Positions 41,101 to 51,704 of a DNA stretch of 64,000 bases are shown one piece after another. How positions within the stretch are numbered: position 1 is the stretch's first letter; each line of letters starts with the position of its first letter. The notes below the pieces were generated by a model. That model did not search any database and was not told the DNA's origin. It saw nothing but the letters and a program-made list of their open reading frames with translations. Made by a program: the position numbers and the translations under genes. The stretch covers positions 192,001-256,000 of the forward strand of contig CAXWPL010000001.1 of the NCBI GenBank assembly GCA_963666215.2, in the 5' to 3' direction. The DNA is from Acidobacteriota bacterium (lineage in GTDB: Bacteria; Acidobacteriota; UBA890; WLXD01).

Positions 41101-41685
41101 TCAGGGCTCGATGGCCGGATCCTTCTGATTGAAGCTGTTCATGGCCGTGCCGAAACCGCGGCGCAAGATCATGCGCACCGCGGCCGTGGCGCGATCGATC
41201 ATTCGATCGCGGAGCTCCATTTCGTCGTCGTTGAACTTGGCCAGGACGTAGTCGGCCGCGTTTCCCAGGTCGTGGGTGCCGCGCACGCCCAACCGCAGCC
41301 GCGCGATCTTTTGCGTGCCCAGCTCGGCGATCAGCGACTCTAGTCCGCGATGCCCACCCGTTCCACCCGATCGGCGCAACCGTAGTGCACCCAGCGGCAG
41401 GTCAATGTCGTCGTAGGTCACCACTACGTCTCGAGGCTCGATCTGTAGTGAGCTGCAGGCTTGCGCCACCCCCAGTCCACTGCTGTTCATGTAGGTCCGT
41501 GAACGCACGAGCCACAGGTTATCGGCACCGAGCCGAAGCTTTTCCAGCTCGACCCATTCTTTGGTTCGGCGCTCGACAACCTTGCCCTTGGCCACAAGGT
41601 TGTCGAGCAGCAACCATCCGGCGTTGTGCCGCGTTTCGGCGTACTCGGCCCCAGGGTTGCCAAGTCCAACCAAGACTCGCACCAT
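41101..41685 (-). CDS. pth: peptidyl-tRNA hydrolase
   Basis: VGLGNPG, TRHNAG, TYMNSSG, DDIDLP, GGHRGL, RLRLGV. Confidence 0.96.
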   Translation of the reverse strand: MVRVLVGLGNPGAEYAETRHNAGWLLLDNLVAKGKVVERRTKEWVELEKLRLGADNLWLVRSRTYMNSSGLGVAQACSSLQIEPRDVVVTYDDIDLPLGALRLRRSGGTGGHRGLESLIAELGTQKIARLRLGVRGTHDLGNAADYVLAKFNDDEMELRDRMIDRATAAVRMILRRGFGTAMNSFNQKDPAIEP

Positions 41686-41712
41686 GCCTCCGCGAGCGTC
41701 GTGGCGAACCGC

Positions 41713-42387
41713 CTAGGAGCCGGGTTCGCCTTCCTCTCCGTCCTCCTCGCCAATAAGCTCGGGCTCCTCGCTCAGACCCAGCAGATCGTCCTCGAGCGTC
41801 TCGGTCTCGATCTCCTCCTCGACACGCGGCGCGGCGATGATGAGCAACGTCTGATCGGCCTCGTCGAGCACCTCGACCCCTTGCGGCACCTGGAGGTCCC
41901 TCACATGCGCCACAGCGCCAATATCGAGCTCCGTGACGTCGATCCGGAGAGTGTCGGGAATGTCGTTGGGCAGGCAGCGCACGTGCACTCGCCGCATGAT
42001 CAGGTCCAGGGTCCCTTTCTCGATCTTCACCCCATGGGCTTCGCCGACAACCTCCACCGGGACGTCCACATCGATCGGGTCCAGGAGCGAGATGCGCAGG
42101 AAGTCCGCGTGCAGGATCCGATGCGACACCGGATCGATCTGAAAATCGGATATCAGAGCCGTCTGCATGCGTTCATCGTCGGGAAGTTGCAGCGTCAGGA
42201 TCGAGTTTTGCCCACCATCCGATTGGAGAATCGCGATCACCGCCTTGGGGTCGACCGTGATCGGCCGCGCATCGCGACCGCCACCGTACAGCACGGCGGG
42301 AAGCTTGCCCGCGACCCGGAGACGCCTGGCCACGTTCGTGGAACCAGGCTCGCGAAGCTCCACATCTACTCTGGTTGATCTGTTCAT
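41713..42387 (-). CDS. rplY: 50S ribosomal protein L25 (Ctc form)
   Basis: ARRLRVAGKLPAVLYG, QIDPVS, HADFL, CLPNDIP. Confidence 0.96.
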   Translation of the reverse strand: MNRSTRVDVELREPGSTNVARRLRVAGKLPAVLYGGGRDARPITVDPKAVIAILQSDGGQNSILTLQLPDDERMQTALISDFQIDPVSHRILHADFLRISLLDPIDVDVPVEVVGEAHGVKIEKGTLDLIMRRVHVRCLPNDIPDTLRIDVTELDIGAVAHVRDLQVPQGVEVLDEADQTLLIIAAPRVEEEIETETLEDDLLGLSEEPELIGEEDGEEGEPGS

Positions 42388-42468
42388 TGGTGATACCTCG
42401 CTATCGATCTCGCATCGGTACGGCGGCCCCGAGAGGGGGGACGAGCGTTTCGTGCAACGCCAGGGGCG

Positions 42469-43416
42469 TCAAATGAATAGCCGCGAGATGCTCGTTTCTT
42501 CGTGGATGTTGCGGATGGCGGCGCCGAAAAGCTCGGCGACCGAAAGAACCTCGAAGCGCTCGCAGGCAGCGGCTTCGGGAGAAAGCGGAATCGTATCGGT
42601 AACGAAGACGCGCTCGAACGGACTCGCCTCGATGTTCTTGACGGCGTCGCGCGACAGCACGGCGTGCGTGGCAAACGCGTAGACCTTCGTAGCGCCAGCC
42701 TCGAGGACGGCCCTGGCGCCCTTCGTGAGAGTCCCGGCAGTGTCGATCATGTCGTCATAGAAGCAGCAGACGGCGCCGGCAACGTCACCCACGACCGTCA
42801 TGTCGGCGACTTGATTCGGCCGCGGTCGACGCTTGTCGATGACCGCAAGGCTCGCCTCGAGCCGCTTGGCGATTGCTCGCGCACGCTCCACGCCGCCAGC
42901 ATCGGGGGACACCAGCATGAGATCGCCCTCCAGCCCCTCGATGCACTTCAGCGCGATCGGAGCGGCGAATAGATGATCGAACGGGATGTTGAAGAATCCC
43001 TGGATCTGTCCGGCGTGGAGATCCATCGACAACACCCGGTCGGCACCGGCAACCGTGAGCAAGTCAGCCACGAGCTTCGCCGAGATCGGTACCCGCGGGC
43101 TGTCCTTCTTGTCTTGCCGGGCATAACCGAAGTACGGGATGACCGCGGTGATCTGTTTCGCCGACGCGCGCTTGGCGGCGTCGATCATGATCAGCAGCTC
43201 CATGAGGCTGTCGTTGACCGGTCGGCACGTCGATTGGATCATGAAGACGTCGACACCACGGATGTTCTCGCCGATCTGACAATTCACCTCGCCGTCGGCG
43301 AAATGCGTGACCTCGATGTCGCCCAGAGGCGCCCCGATCGCCACCGCGATGGCGCGAGCGAGATCAGGGTTGGCGTTGCCCGTAAAGAGCTTGATCTGTT
43401 CGAGGTCGCTGGGCAT
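42469..43416 (-). CDS. prs: ribose-phosphate pyrophosphokinase
   Basis: FADGE, PYFGYARQD, DLHAGQIQGFF, VSPDAGG, DDMIDTAGT. Confidence 0.98.
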   Translation of the reverse strand: MPSDLEQIKLFTGNANPDLARAIAVAIGAPLGDIEVTHFADGEVNCQIGENIRGVDVFMIQSTCRPVNDSLMELLIMIDAAKRASAKQITAVIPYFGYARQDKKDSPRVPISAKLVADLLTVAGADRVLSMDLHAGQIQGFFNIPFDHLFAAPIALKCIEGLEGDLMLVSPDAGGVERARAIAKRLEASLAVIDKRRPRPNQVADMTVVGDVAGAVCCFYDDMIDTAGTLTKGARAVLEAGATKVYAFATHAVLSRDAVKNIEASPFERVFVTDTIPLSPEAAACERFEVLSVAELFGAAIRNIHEETSISRLFI

Positions 43417-43486
43417 GGCTGACGGCCGTCGCTACTGGCAGAGGTCGCGGGCTACTTGCCTGGGATCGCCGGATCGAGCTCGAAGG

Positions 43487-43560
43487 CTGGGGCGGCAGGA
43501 TTCGAACCTGCGAATGCCGGATCCAAAGACCGGTGCCTTGCCTGACTTGGCGACGCCCCA
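43487..43560 (-). tRNA. tRNA-Gln (anticodon TTG); CCA end not encoded (G-CCT)
   Basis: TGGGGCG/CGCCCCA acceptor stem, anticodon loop CT-TTG-GA, GCAGG-TTCGAAT-CCTGC T-arm; conserved position before prs. Confidence 0.96.
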
Positions 43561-43642
43561 AGGTTTCCACGAGGCGCAGTTACCTCGCGCTGAACAAACT
43601 GGCGGGACGAACGAAAGGTACGAACGCCCAAACGGGCACTGC

Positions 43643-43672
43643 ATTATACGCGCGTCCCGCTCGACCCGGCAA
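43643..43672 (-). promoter_or_regulatory. sigma70 promoter of the tRNA-Gln/prs operon
   Basis: TTGCCG-N18-TATAAT. Confidence 0.7.
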
Positions 43673-43738
43673 ACAAGCATCGAACGCCCGACACAGGCCG
43701 TCACCTTGGTCGGCAAATCAGCTGCGGCAGCTCGCACA

Positions 43739-44698
43739 TCAGCGTAGCAGACCACCCTCACGCGCTAGCTCCTCGAGCGCCATCGTCACCGTCTCGCCCA
43801 TGTCGGGCACGGCGAAGTCTGCCGGTCCGAATCGCGGATTGAGCTCCGCTTCGCCGATCAGTCGCAGATCGAGTCCGAATCGATCTTCGACATCGAGATG
43901 AATCCGGCTGGGGACGGCGCCACCGGAACCCACCGGTCCGGGAACCCACGACTCGACGGCTGCGATCACTCGCCCACCCGTATTCGTGTGCTCGATCGTT
44001 TCGAAGCGCAGCGTCACCGGGTGCAGCCAGGCCAGCGTGCGGCCCTCACCACGCAGCAGCTCAACGCGCACACGGCGCCGGTCGGCGTCCCAGACCACGG
44101 TGGCCGGTTCGGCCTCCGAATCGACGCCGCAACCGAGGAAGAGCGCCACGGTGTCGGCTGCCAGAAGGGGCACTCCAAGGGCGCGGCCGAAGCGCTCGTC
44201 GCCGCCCGGTCCGTTGACGGCCCCCCTATACAAGACGTCGGCCTGGTCGGCGAACCAAACACCGATCTCCACGGCGCTGGCCACCAGTAGGGCCTCGACC
44301 TGGCCGACCGGAGAGTAGCCGCGTATGTCGATGCGACTGGGTGACTCGACCCAGACCGAGACATCGAAGCTGCGACGGCCAATGCCTCGCGACGCACGCA
44401 CGGTGTAGTTGGCGACCAAACCGCGGACCCCCGCGCAATCGGCGCGGGCGGCGAGGAGAAACGAGGCGGGGTCGGCCTGTGCACGAGCCGCGACCTGAGG
44501 ATGGGTTGCCACCCAGCCACCACGGGCGCAACCGGAAGCCAACAGAGCCAGGCTCAGAAAGATACTCAGGGGAACCTTCCGAACCAGGGCCACTGGTGGC
44601 GCCGTGCTCCTCGCAGCGCCCCGGCGCCGCCCGATTGTCCCTATAATTGGCGCCTGCACCGATTCCACCGCTCCTCTGAGTACCTCAACACCGGACAA
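43739..44698 (-). CDS. LolB/DUF4292-like lipoprotein; true start probably near 44593
   Basis: Lipobox LASG-C, beta-rich body ([20 protein letters not shown]); occupies the usual lolB position upstream of tRNA-Gln-prs. Confidence 0.6.
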   Translation of the reverse strand: MSGVEVLRGAVESVQAPIIGTIGRRRGAARSTAPPVALVRKVPLSIFLSLALLASGCARGGWVATHPQVAARAQADPASFLLAARADCAGVRGLVANYTVRASRGIGRRSFDVSVWVESPSRIDIRGYSPVGQVEALLVASAVEIGVWFADQADVLYRGAVNGPGGDERFGRALGVPLLAADTVALFLGCGVDSEAEPATVVWDADRRRVRVELLRGEGRTLAWLHPVTLRFETIEHTNTGGRVIAAVESWVPGPVGSGGAVPSRIHLDVEDRFGLDLRLIGEAELNPRFGPADFAVPDMGETVTMALEELAREGGLLR

Positions 44699-44706
44699 GG
44701 GTAAGG

Positions 44707-46002
<1,296 letters not shown>

Positions 46003-46003
46003 C

Positions 46004-47046
46004 TGTGTTTTCTAAGTAGGTTGTTCACATCGGGGCTCACTTCTGAGATCAATGGGGTTGTTCAAAAGACTCCACGACCTCAGAAGGAGCGCCCGATGCA
46101 GCTGCATGGTAACGCCCGCACGATGCCGTATATACGCCGAGAGATGGTCCGCCGAGTCCGGGAGCGGGCGGAGCCCGTGACGGAAACGGCGGCGGCGCTC
46201 GGCGTGTCGGCTCGAACGGTTTACAAGTGGCTGGATAGATACGAGCGAGAAGGTGAGGCCGGGCTGCTCGATCGATCAAGCCGGCCGACGTGCTGTCCGC
46301 ACGCAACAAGCGCTGGAGTTGTGAGGCAGATCGACAAGCTACGTCGGCGGCGACTGACGGCCTGGCAGATCAGCCGAAGGTTGGCTGTGCCGCGCTCGAC
46401 CGTCTCGGCGTGGCTGAAGCGGCTCGGACTCGCCAAGCTTGATGCGCTCGAGCCCAAGCCCGAGATCGTTCGCTACGAGTACGAGCACCCCGGTGACCTA
46501 CTGCACCTGGATACGAAGAAACTGGCCCGTATCCGGCGACCTGGACACCGCATCCACGGCGACCGCTCCAAGCGGGCCTACGGCGTCGGCTGGGAGAACG
46601 CCCACGTCGCTATCGACGATCACTCTCGGGTGGCGTACGTCGAAGTGCTGCCCGCCGAAGACCAACACACCTGCACAGCGTTCCTGCAGCGAGCCGTCGA
46701 GCACTTCGCTTCGATGGGAGTAGCGGTGCGCCGAGTGATGACAGACAACGGGCCTGGCTACGTCTCGAAGCGCTTCAATCGCCTATGCCATCAACTCGAG
46801 ATCCGGCACATTTACACCCGGCCCTACACCCCCAGAACCAACGGCAAAGCCGAACGCTTCATCCGCACACTCAAGGAGCAGTGGGCCTACGGCACCTGCT
46901 ACCAGACCTCAGCTCGACGTACTCGAGCTCTACGGCCCTGGCTCAACCACTACAATCGTCACCGTCCCCACGCCGGCATCGGCATGACACCGCCGATCGC
47001 TCGGCTCTCAGGGGTGAGTTCGTGAACAACCTACCTAGAACTCACA
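46004..47046 (+). mobile_element. IS481-family insertion sequence, copy 2 (1043 bp)
   Basis: Same IRs as copy 1; TSD ACTAGC at 45998-46003 and 47047-47052; one synonymous difference from copy 1 seen. Confidence 0.97.
46096..47025 (+). CDS. IS481-family DDE transposase (309 aa)
   Basis: Protein identical to copy 1 in the ORF track; AAGGAG RBS. Confidence 0.96.
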   Translation: MQLHGNARTMPYIRREMVRRVRERAEPVTETAAALGVSARTVYKWLDRYEREGEAGLLDRSSRPTCCPHATSAGVVRQIDKLRRRRLTAWQISRRLAVPRSTVSAWLKRLGLAKLDALEPKPEIVRYEYEHPGDLLHLDTKKLARIRRPGHRIHGDRSKRAYGVGWENAHVAIDDHSRVAYVEVLPAEDQHTCTAFLQRAVEHFASMGVAVRRVMTDNGPGYVSKRFNRLCHQLEIRHIYTRPYTPRTNGKAERFIRTLKEQWAYGTCYQTSARRTRALRPWLNHYNRHRPHAGIGMTPPIARLSGVSS

Positions 47047-47236
47047 ACTAGCGCGCGCGCCTGACCGGGTAGCGAATCGGCGCTACACTGGCTGCCTGCT
47101 CAAGGGGTGGAGGAGTGAGTCGGCCGATGCCGCTGCCATGGCGCGCTAGCGCGCGCCAACGCGACGGTGATCGTCGAATTCATGAAACACTGGAGCGTTC
47201 GAGACCTTCAGGACATTCGAACCAAAAGGGGCCCGC

Positions 47237-47908
47237 ATGAAGATTTTCCTCGACACGGCCAACATCGAAGAGATTCGTGAAGCGGCCGACACTGGCGTGC
47301 TCAACGGCGTCACCACGAACCCATCGCTCGTGGCCAAAGAGGCGCGGCCATTCGAGGACATCATCGCGGAGATCTGCGACATCGTCGACGGTCCGGTGAG
47401 CGCCGAAGTGGTCTCGACACACTACGAGGGCATGCTTGCCGAGGCGCGGGCACTGGCGCCGATTCACGAAAACGTCGTCGTCAAGATCCCGCTTATCCGC
47501 GAAGGCATCAAAGCGGTTGGAACGCTCTCCCAGGAGGGAATCCGCACGAACGTCACGCTGTGTTTCTCGCCGCTGCAGGCGCTGCTCGCCGCCAAAGCGG
47601 GAGCTTCGATGATCTCGCCCTTCGTCGGTCGGCTCGACGACATCAGCCACGACGGCACGGAGCTGGTCGAGCAGATTGTCGCGATTTATCAGAACTACGG
47701 CTTCGCCACGGAAGTACTGGTGGCCTCAGCTCGGCACCCGCGGCACCTCGTGGAAACAGCGTTGATGGGGGCCGACATCGCTACGATGCCGTTCAAGTTG
47801 TTCAACGCGATGTTCAACCACCCACTTACTGACAAGGGGCTCGCGGCCTTCCTTGCCGACTGGGACAAGGCGCGCGACTCGGTCGCCGCGGCGCCGGTTT
47901 CCGGCTAG
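47237..47908 (+). CDS. tal: small transaldolase (TalC/MipB-like family)
   Basis: [19 protein letters not shown]; Glu in SAEV and Phe in SPFVGR indicate transaldolase rather than FSA. Confidence 0.92.
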   Translation: MKIFLDTANIEEIREAADTGVLNGVTTNPSLVAKEARPFEDIIAEICDIVDGPVSAEVVSTHYEGMLAEARALAPIHENVVVKIPLIREGIKAVGTLSQEGIRTNVTLCFSPLQALLAAKAGASMISPFVGRLDDISHDGTELVEQIVAIYQNYGFATEVLVASARHPRHLVETALMGADIATMPFKLFNAMFNHPLTDKGLAAFLADWDKARDSVAAAPVSG

Positions 47909-47949
47909 GCCGGGACCAGGCGAGCTCAGGCGACCGCACGGCCACGCGC

Positions 47950-49539
47950 ATGTCCGACCCAACTGGAACAACCGAAGAGGCTCGGGGCAACGCCGATCCG
48001 CACGCCGAGCTCGAGAGGCGCAAGGCGGAGGCTAGCGCCGGTGGCGGTGAAGCGCGTGTGCGGCGTCAGCACGACGCCGGCAAGCTCACCGCTCGCGAGC
48101 GCCTCGACTACCTGCTCGATCCGGACACGTTCCAGGAGCTCGACCGCCACGTTCGCCACCGGTGCCGCGATTTCGGCATGGCCGACAAGCAGATCGAGGG
48201 CGACGGCGTCATCTCCGGCCACGGCCGCATAGACGGCCGGATCGTCTATGTGTTCGCGCAGGATTTCACGGTCTTCGGCGGCAGCGTTTCGGAGGCGAAC
48301 GCGGCCAAGATCTGCAAGATCATGGACCTGGCGATGAAGGTGGGCGCTCCGGTCATCGGCCTCAACGACTCCGGCGGCGCGCGCATCCAGGAGGGCGTCG
48401 CTTCACTCGCGGGTTATGCCGACATCTTTCTGCGCAACACGCTCGCTTCCGGCGTAGTGCCGCAGATCTCGGCAATCATGGGCCCCTGCGCCGGCGGGGC
48501 GGTCTACTCTCCGGCGATCACCGACTTCGTTGTCATGGTTGAGAACACCTCCTACATGTTCCTCACCGGCCCCGAGGTCATCAAGACGGTGATGCACGAG
48601 GAGGTCACGGCGCAGGAGCTCGGCGGCGCCGCGGTGCACAACTCACGCAGCGGTGTGGCGCACTTCGCCGCCACGGATGACCGAGAAGCGCTAGCGACGA
48701 TCCGTGAGCTGATCTCCTTCCTGCCCAGCAACAACCGGGAAGATCCACCGCGCCGAGACCCCACCGACGATCCCCGTCGCGCCGACGCCGAGATCGACGC
48801 GATCGTCCCCGACGACCCCAATCGGCCGTACAACATCGTCGACCTCATCGGTCACGTGGTCGACCACGGCGAATTCCTGCAGGTGCATCGCACTTTCGCG
48901 CCGAACATCGTGGTTGGACTAGCCCGTCTTCACGGTATGCCGGTTGGCATCGTAGCCAACCAGCCCGATCATCTGGCCGGCACGCTCGACATCGATGCCT
49001 CGGTAAAAGCGGCTCGTTTCGTCCGCTTCTGCGACGCGTTCAACATCCCGCTCGTCGTTTTCGAAGACGTCCCGGGCTTCCTGCCGGGCACCGTGCAGGA
49101 ATTCGGCGGCATCATCAAACACGGCGCCAAGCTACTCTATGCCTTCGCCGAGGCTACGGTCCCGAAGCTCAACGTGATCACCCGCAAGGCCTACGGCGGG
49201 GCGTATTGTGTCATGGCGTCGAAGCACCTCCGCACCGATGCCAACTTCGCCTACCCAACCGCCGAGATCGCGGTGATGGGCCCCGAGGGCGCGATCAACG
49301 TGCTCTATCGCCGCGACCTGGCCGAGGCCGACGACGCTGCAGCCGACACACTGCGAAGTCAGAAAGTCCAGGAGTTCCGCGACAAGTTCGCCAACCCGTA
49401 CGTAGCCGCCGAGCGCGGCTGGGTGGACGAGGTCATCCGGCCCCGCGACACACGCCGAAAGCTCATCCAGGCGCTGCTCGCGCTGGAGACCAAGGTCGAC
49501 ACCAACCCGCCGAAGAAGCACGGCAACATCCCGCTCTAG
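47950..49539 (+). CDS. pccB: acyl-CoA (propionyl/methylmalonyl-CoA) carboxylase, carboxyltransferase subunit
   Basis: [46 protein letters not shown]. Confidence 0.92.
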   Translation: MSDPTGTTEEARGNADPHAELERRKAEASAGGGEARVRRQHDAGKLTARERLDYLLDPDTFQELDRHVRHRCRDFGMADKQIEGDGVISGHGRIDGRIVYVFAQDFTVFGGSVSEANAAKICKIMDLAMKVGAPVIGLNDSGGARIQEGVASLAGYADIFLRNTLASGVVPQISAIMGPCAGGAVYSPAITDFVVMVENTSYMFLTGPEVIKTVMHEEVTAQELGGAAVHNSRSGVAHFAATDDREALATIRELISFLPSNNREDPPRRDPTDDPRRADAEIDAIVPDDPNRPYNIVDLIGHVVDHGEFLQVHRTFAPNIVVGLARLHGMPVGIVANQPDHLAGTLDIDASVKAARFVRFCDAFNIPLVVFEDVPGFLPGTVQEFGGIIKHGAKLLYAFAEATVPKLNVITRKAYGGAYCVMASKHLRTDANFAYPTAEIAVMGPEGAINVLYRRDLAEADDAAADTLRSQKVQEFRDKFANPYVAAERGWVDEVIRPRDTRRKLIQALLALETKVDTNPPKKHGNIPL

Positions 49540-49629
49540 AACGTATTCTGAAAGATCCTGCGGTGAGCCTGAGCCCGCATCGGCATCGATCTTTCTCGAG
49601 GACTCCACACGCTCCGCAGGGATAACCGC

Positions 49630-51183
49630 ATGCGTTCGATCCGCCGCATTCTGATCGCCAATCGCGGTGAGATCGCCGTTCGGGTGATCCGCGCCTGCCG
49701 CGACCTCGGCCTGGAGTCGGTGGCGGTCTACTCCGATGCCGACCGCGAAGCGCTGCACGTGCGCTACGCCACGAGCGCCCATCGGCTGGGCCCGGCGCCG
49801 GCGACGGAGTCGTACCTCGACGTCGAACGTGTTCTTCGAGCGGCCCGCGACAGCGGCGCCGACGCCGTTCACCCGGGCTACGGCTTTCTTGCCGAGAACG
49901 CCGCCTTCGCCCGAGACTGTGCCGCGGCGGGGCTGACATTCATCGGCCCGAGTCCCGAGGTGATGTCGACCGTTGGTGACAAGAACGAAGCGCGCCGAAT
50001 CGCCGAGCGTGCTGGCGTCCCCACGGTCCCCGGCAGTCCCGGCCCCGTCGAGAGCGCCGCTGAAGCGGCCGAGTGGGCCGACAAGCTCGGCTTTCCCGTC
50101 ATGCTCAAGGCCATCGCCGGCGGCGGCGGCAAGGGAATGCGGCGCATCATGACAGCCGATGAGCTCGAATCGGCTTTCCGACTCGCCTCGAGTGAGGCGA
50201 CATCGGCGTTCGGCGATGGTCGCCTTTATCTGGAAAAGCTGATCGAGGCCCCTCGCCACGTAGAGATCCAGATTCTCGCCGACGAGCACGGCAACCGTGT
50301 CCATCTGGGAGAGCGCGAATGCAGCCTGCAACGGCGCCACCAGAAGGTCCTCGAGGAGGCCCCCTCCCCCATCGTCGACGATGAGCTGCGGGCGCAAATG
50401 GGCTCCGCCGCGCTGGCGATAGCCCAGGAGGCCGGCTACACCAGCGCCGGCACCGTGGAGTTTCTGCTTGCCGACGGCGACGGCCACAGCGGCAGCAAGA
50501 GCTTTTATTTCATCGAAGTGAACGCGCGCCTGCAGGTCGAGCACGCGGTCACCGAAGCGCTCACCGGCATTGATCTGGTCGCCGCTCAGATCGCCATCGC
50601 CGAGGGACGAGAGTTGCCCTTCCGGCAAGAGGACATCACTCGGCGCGGCCACGCGATCGAATGCCGCATCTACGCCGAAGACCCGAGCAACAACTTTGCG
50701 CCGGCTCCAGGTCGCATCCACGGGCTGCGCATCCCCGGCGGCCCGGGCATACGCGACGACTCCAGCCTGTATGAAGGCTACGAGGTCCCGGTTCACTACG
50801 ACCCGCTGATCTCCAAGCTCGTCGCCTGGGGACACGATCGACCGAGCGCCATCGCTCGCATGCGGCGCGCGCTCGAGGAATACAAAGTCGTCGGCATCGC
50901 GACAACAATCCCGCTGTTTCAGCGGGTTCTGAGCGACCCGGATTTCGTGGCCGGACGGTTCGACACCGGCTATCTCGACCAGCTGCTGGCCACCGACCGC
51001 GAAGCCGTCGATCTGCCGAGGGAAGAAGAGATTGCCGACGTCGCGCGTCTGGCAGCGGCGCTCCGGACCTTTCTGGCCAGCGAACAGCGCGCGTTCGCTC
51101 CGCGCCTGGGAGGCAGCGCTTCCATGTCGGCATGGAAGCATGCCGGACGACTCGCGGCCCTCGGCGGGCTCGCAAAATGCTGA
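49630..51183 (+). CDS. biotin carboxylase subunit of acyl-CoA carboxylase
   Basis: ANRGEIA, HPGYGFLAEN, GGGGKGMR, RECSLQRRHQK, RLQVEH, YDPLISKL. Confidence 0.95.
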   Translation: MRSIRRILIANRGEIAVRVIRACRDLGLESVAVYSDADREALHVRYATSAHRLGPAPATESYLDVERVLRAARDSGADAVHPGYGFLAENAAFARDCAAAGLTFIGPSPEVMSTVGDKNEARRIAERAGVPTVPGSPGPVESAAEAAEWADKLGFPVMLKAIAGGGGKGMRRIMTADELESAFRLASSEATSAFGDGRLYLEKLIEAPRHVEIQILADEHGNRVHLGERECSLQRRHQKVLEEAPSPIVDDELRAQMGSAALAIAQEAGYTSAGTVEFLLADGDGHSGSKSFYFIEVNARLQVEHAVTEALTGIDLVAAQIAIAEGRELPFRQEDITRRGHAIECRIYAEDPSNNFAPAPGRIHGLRIPGGPGIRDDSSLYEGYEVPVHYDPLISKLVAWGHDRPSAIARMRRALEEYKVVGIATTIPLFQRVLSDPDFVAGRFDTGYLDQLLATDREAVDLPREEEIADVARLAAALRTFLASEQRAFAPRLGGSASMSAWKHAGRLAALGGLAKC

Positions 51184-51704
51184 TCGACGTTACCCTTTCG
51201 ACCGACGATCGGCCGACCCGGTACCTTATTGAGCGGCGTGGCGATCGACTGCACGCGTTTCGAGTCGCGGAAGATAGCAAGATCTCCGACGAGATCGAGC
51301 TTGATTTCAGCATGCCCGAAGCGAACCTCTACTCGCTTCTCGTCCAGGAGCACTCGTACGAGGTCTACGTAAGCGAGGCATCCGGCGAAGAGGACGAGCT
51401 CGAGGTTCATGTGCTCAGCCGAATTCTCCGCCTTCGGGCTGTAGACGCTCGACGACCGCGTGCCAGGCTAGAGGCAGCCGACGTCAGCGGTGCGGCTCGC
51501 ATCTTGGCTCCGATTCCCGGACGCGTGGTCAAGCTGCTGCAACAGCCCGGAGCGGCGGTGCGGCGCGGCGACGGGATCATCGTGCTCGAGGCCATGAAGA
51601 TGGAAAACGAGCTCAAATCACCGCGCGACGGGGTGGTCGCCACGATCGAGGTCGAAGAGGGTCAGGGGGTCGAGGGCGGCAGCCTGCTGGCGATCATCGA
51701 GTGA
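51177..51704 (+). CDS. biotin carboxyl carrier protein
   Basis: APIPGRVV, EAMKMENE; ATG 51177 overlaps the upstream gene. Confidence 0.92.
   Translation: MLIDVTLSTDDRPTRYLIERRGDRLHAFRVAEDSKISDEIELDFSMPEANLYSLLVQEHSYEVYVSEASGEEDELEVHVLSRILRLRAVDARRPRARLEAADVSGAARILAPIPGRVVKLLQQPGAAVRRGDGIIVLEAMKMENELKSPRDGVVATIEVEEGQGVEGGSLLAIIE

Noticed and set aside
49550-49597. Inverted repeat GAAAGATC...GATCTTTC between pccB and the biotin carboxylase gene
   Set aside because: Single imperfect hairpin with no U-tract or second copy; insufficient for a call.
49132-51141. 669-aa minus-strand ORF and the many similar antisense ORFs in the track
   Set aside because: Mirror frames of well-supported genes, expected from codon bias.
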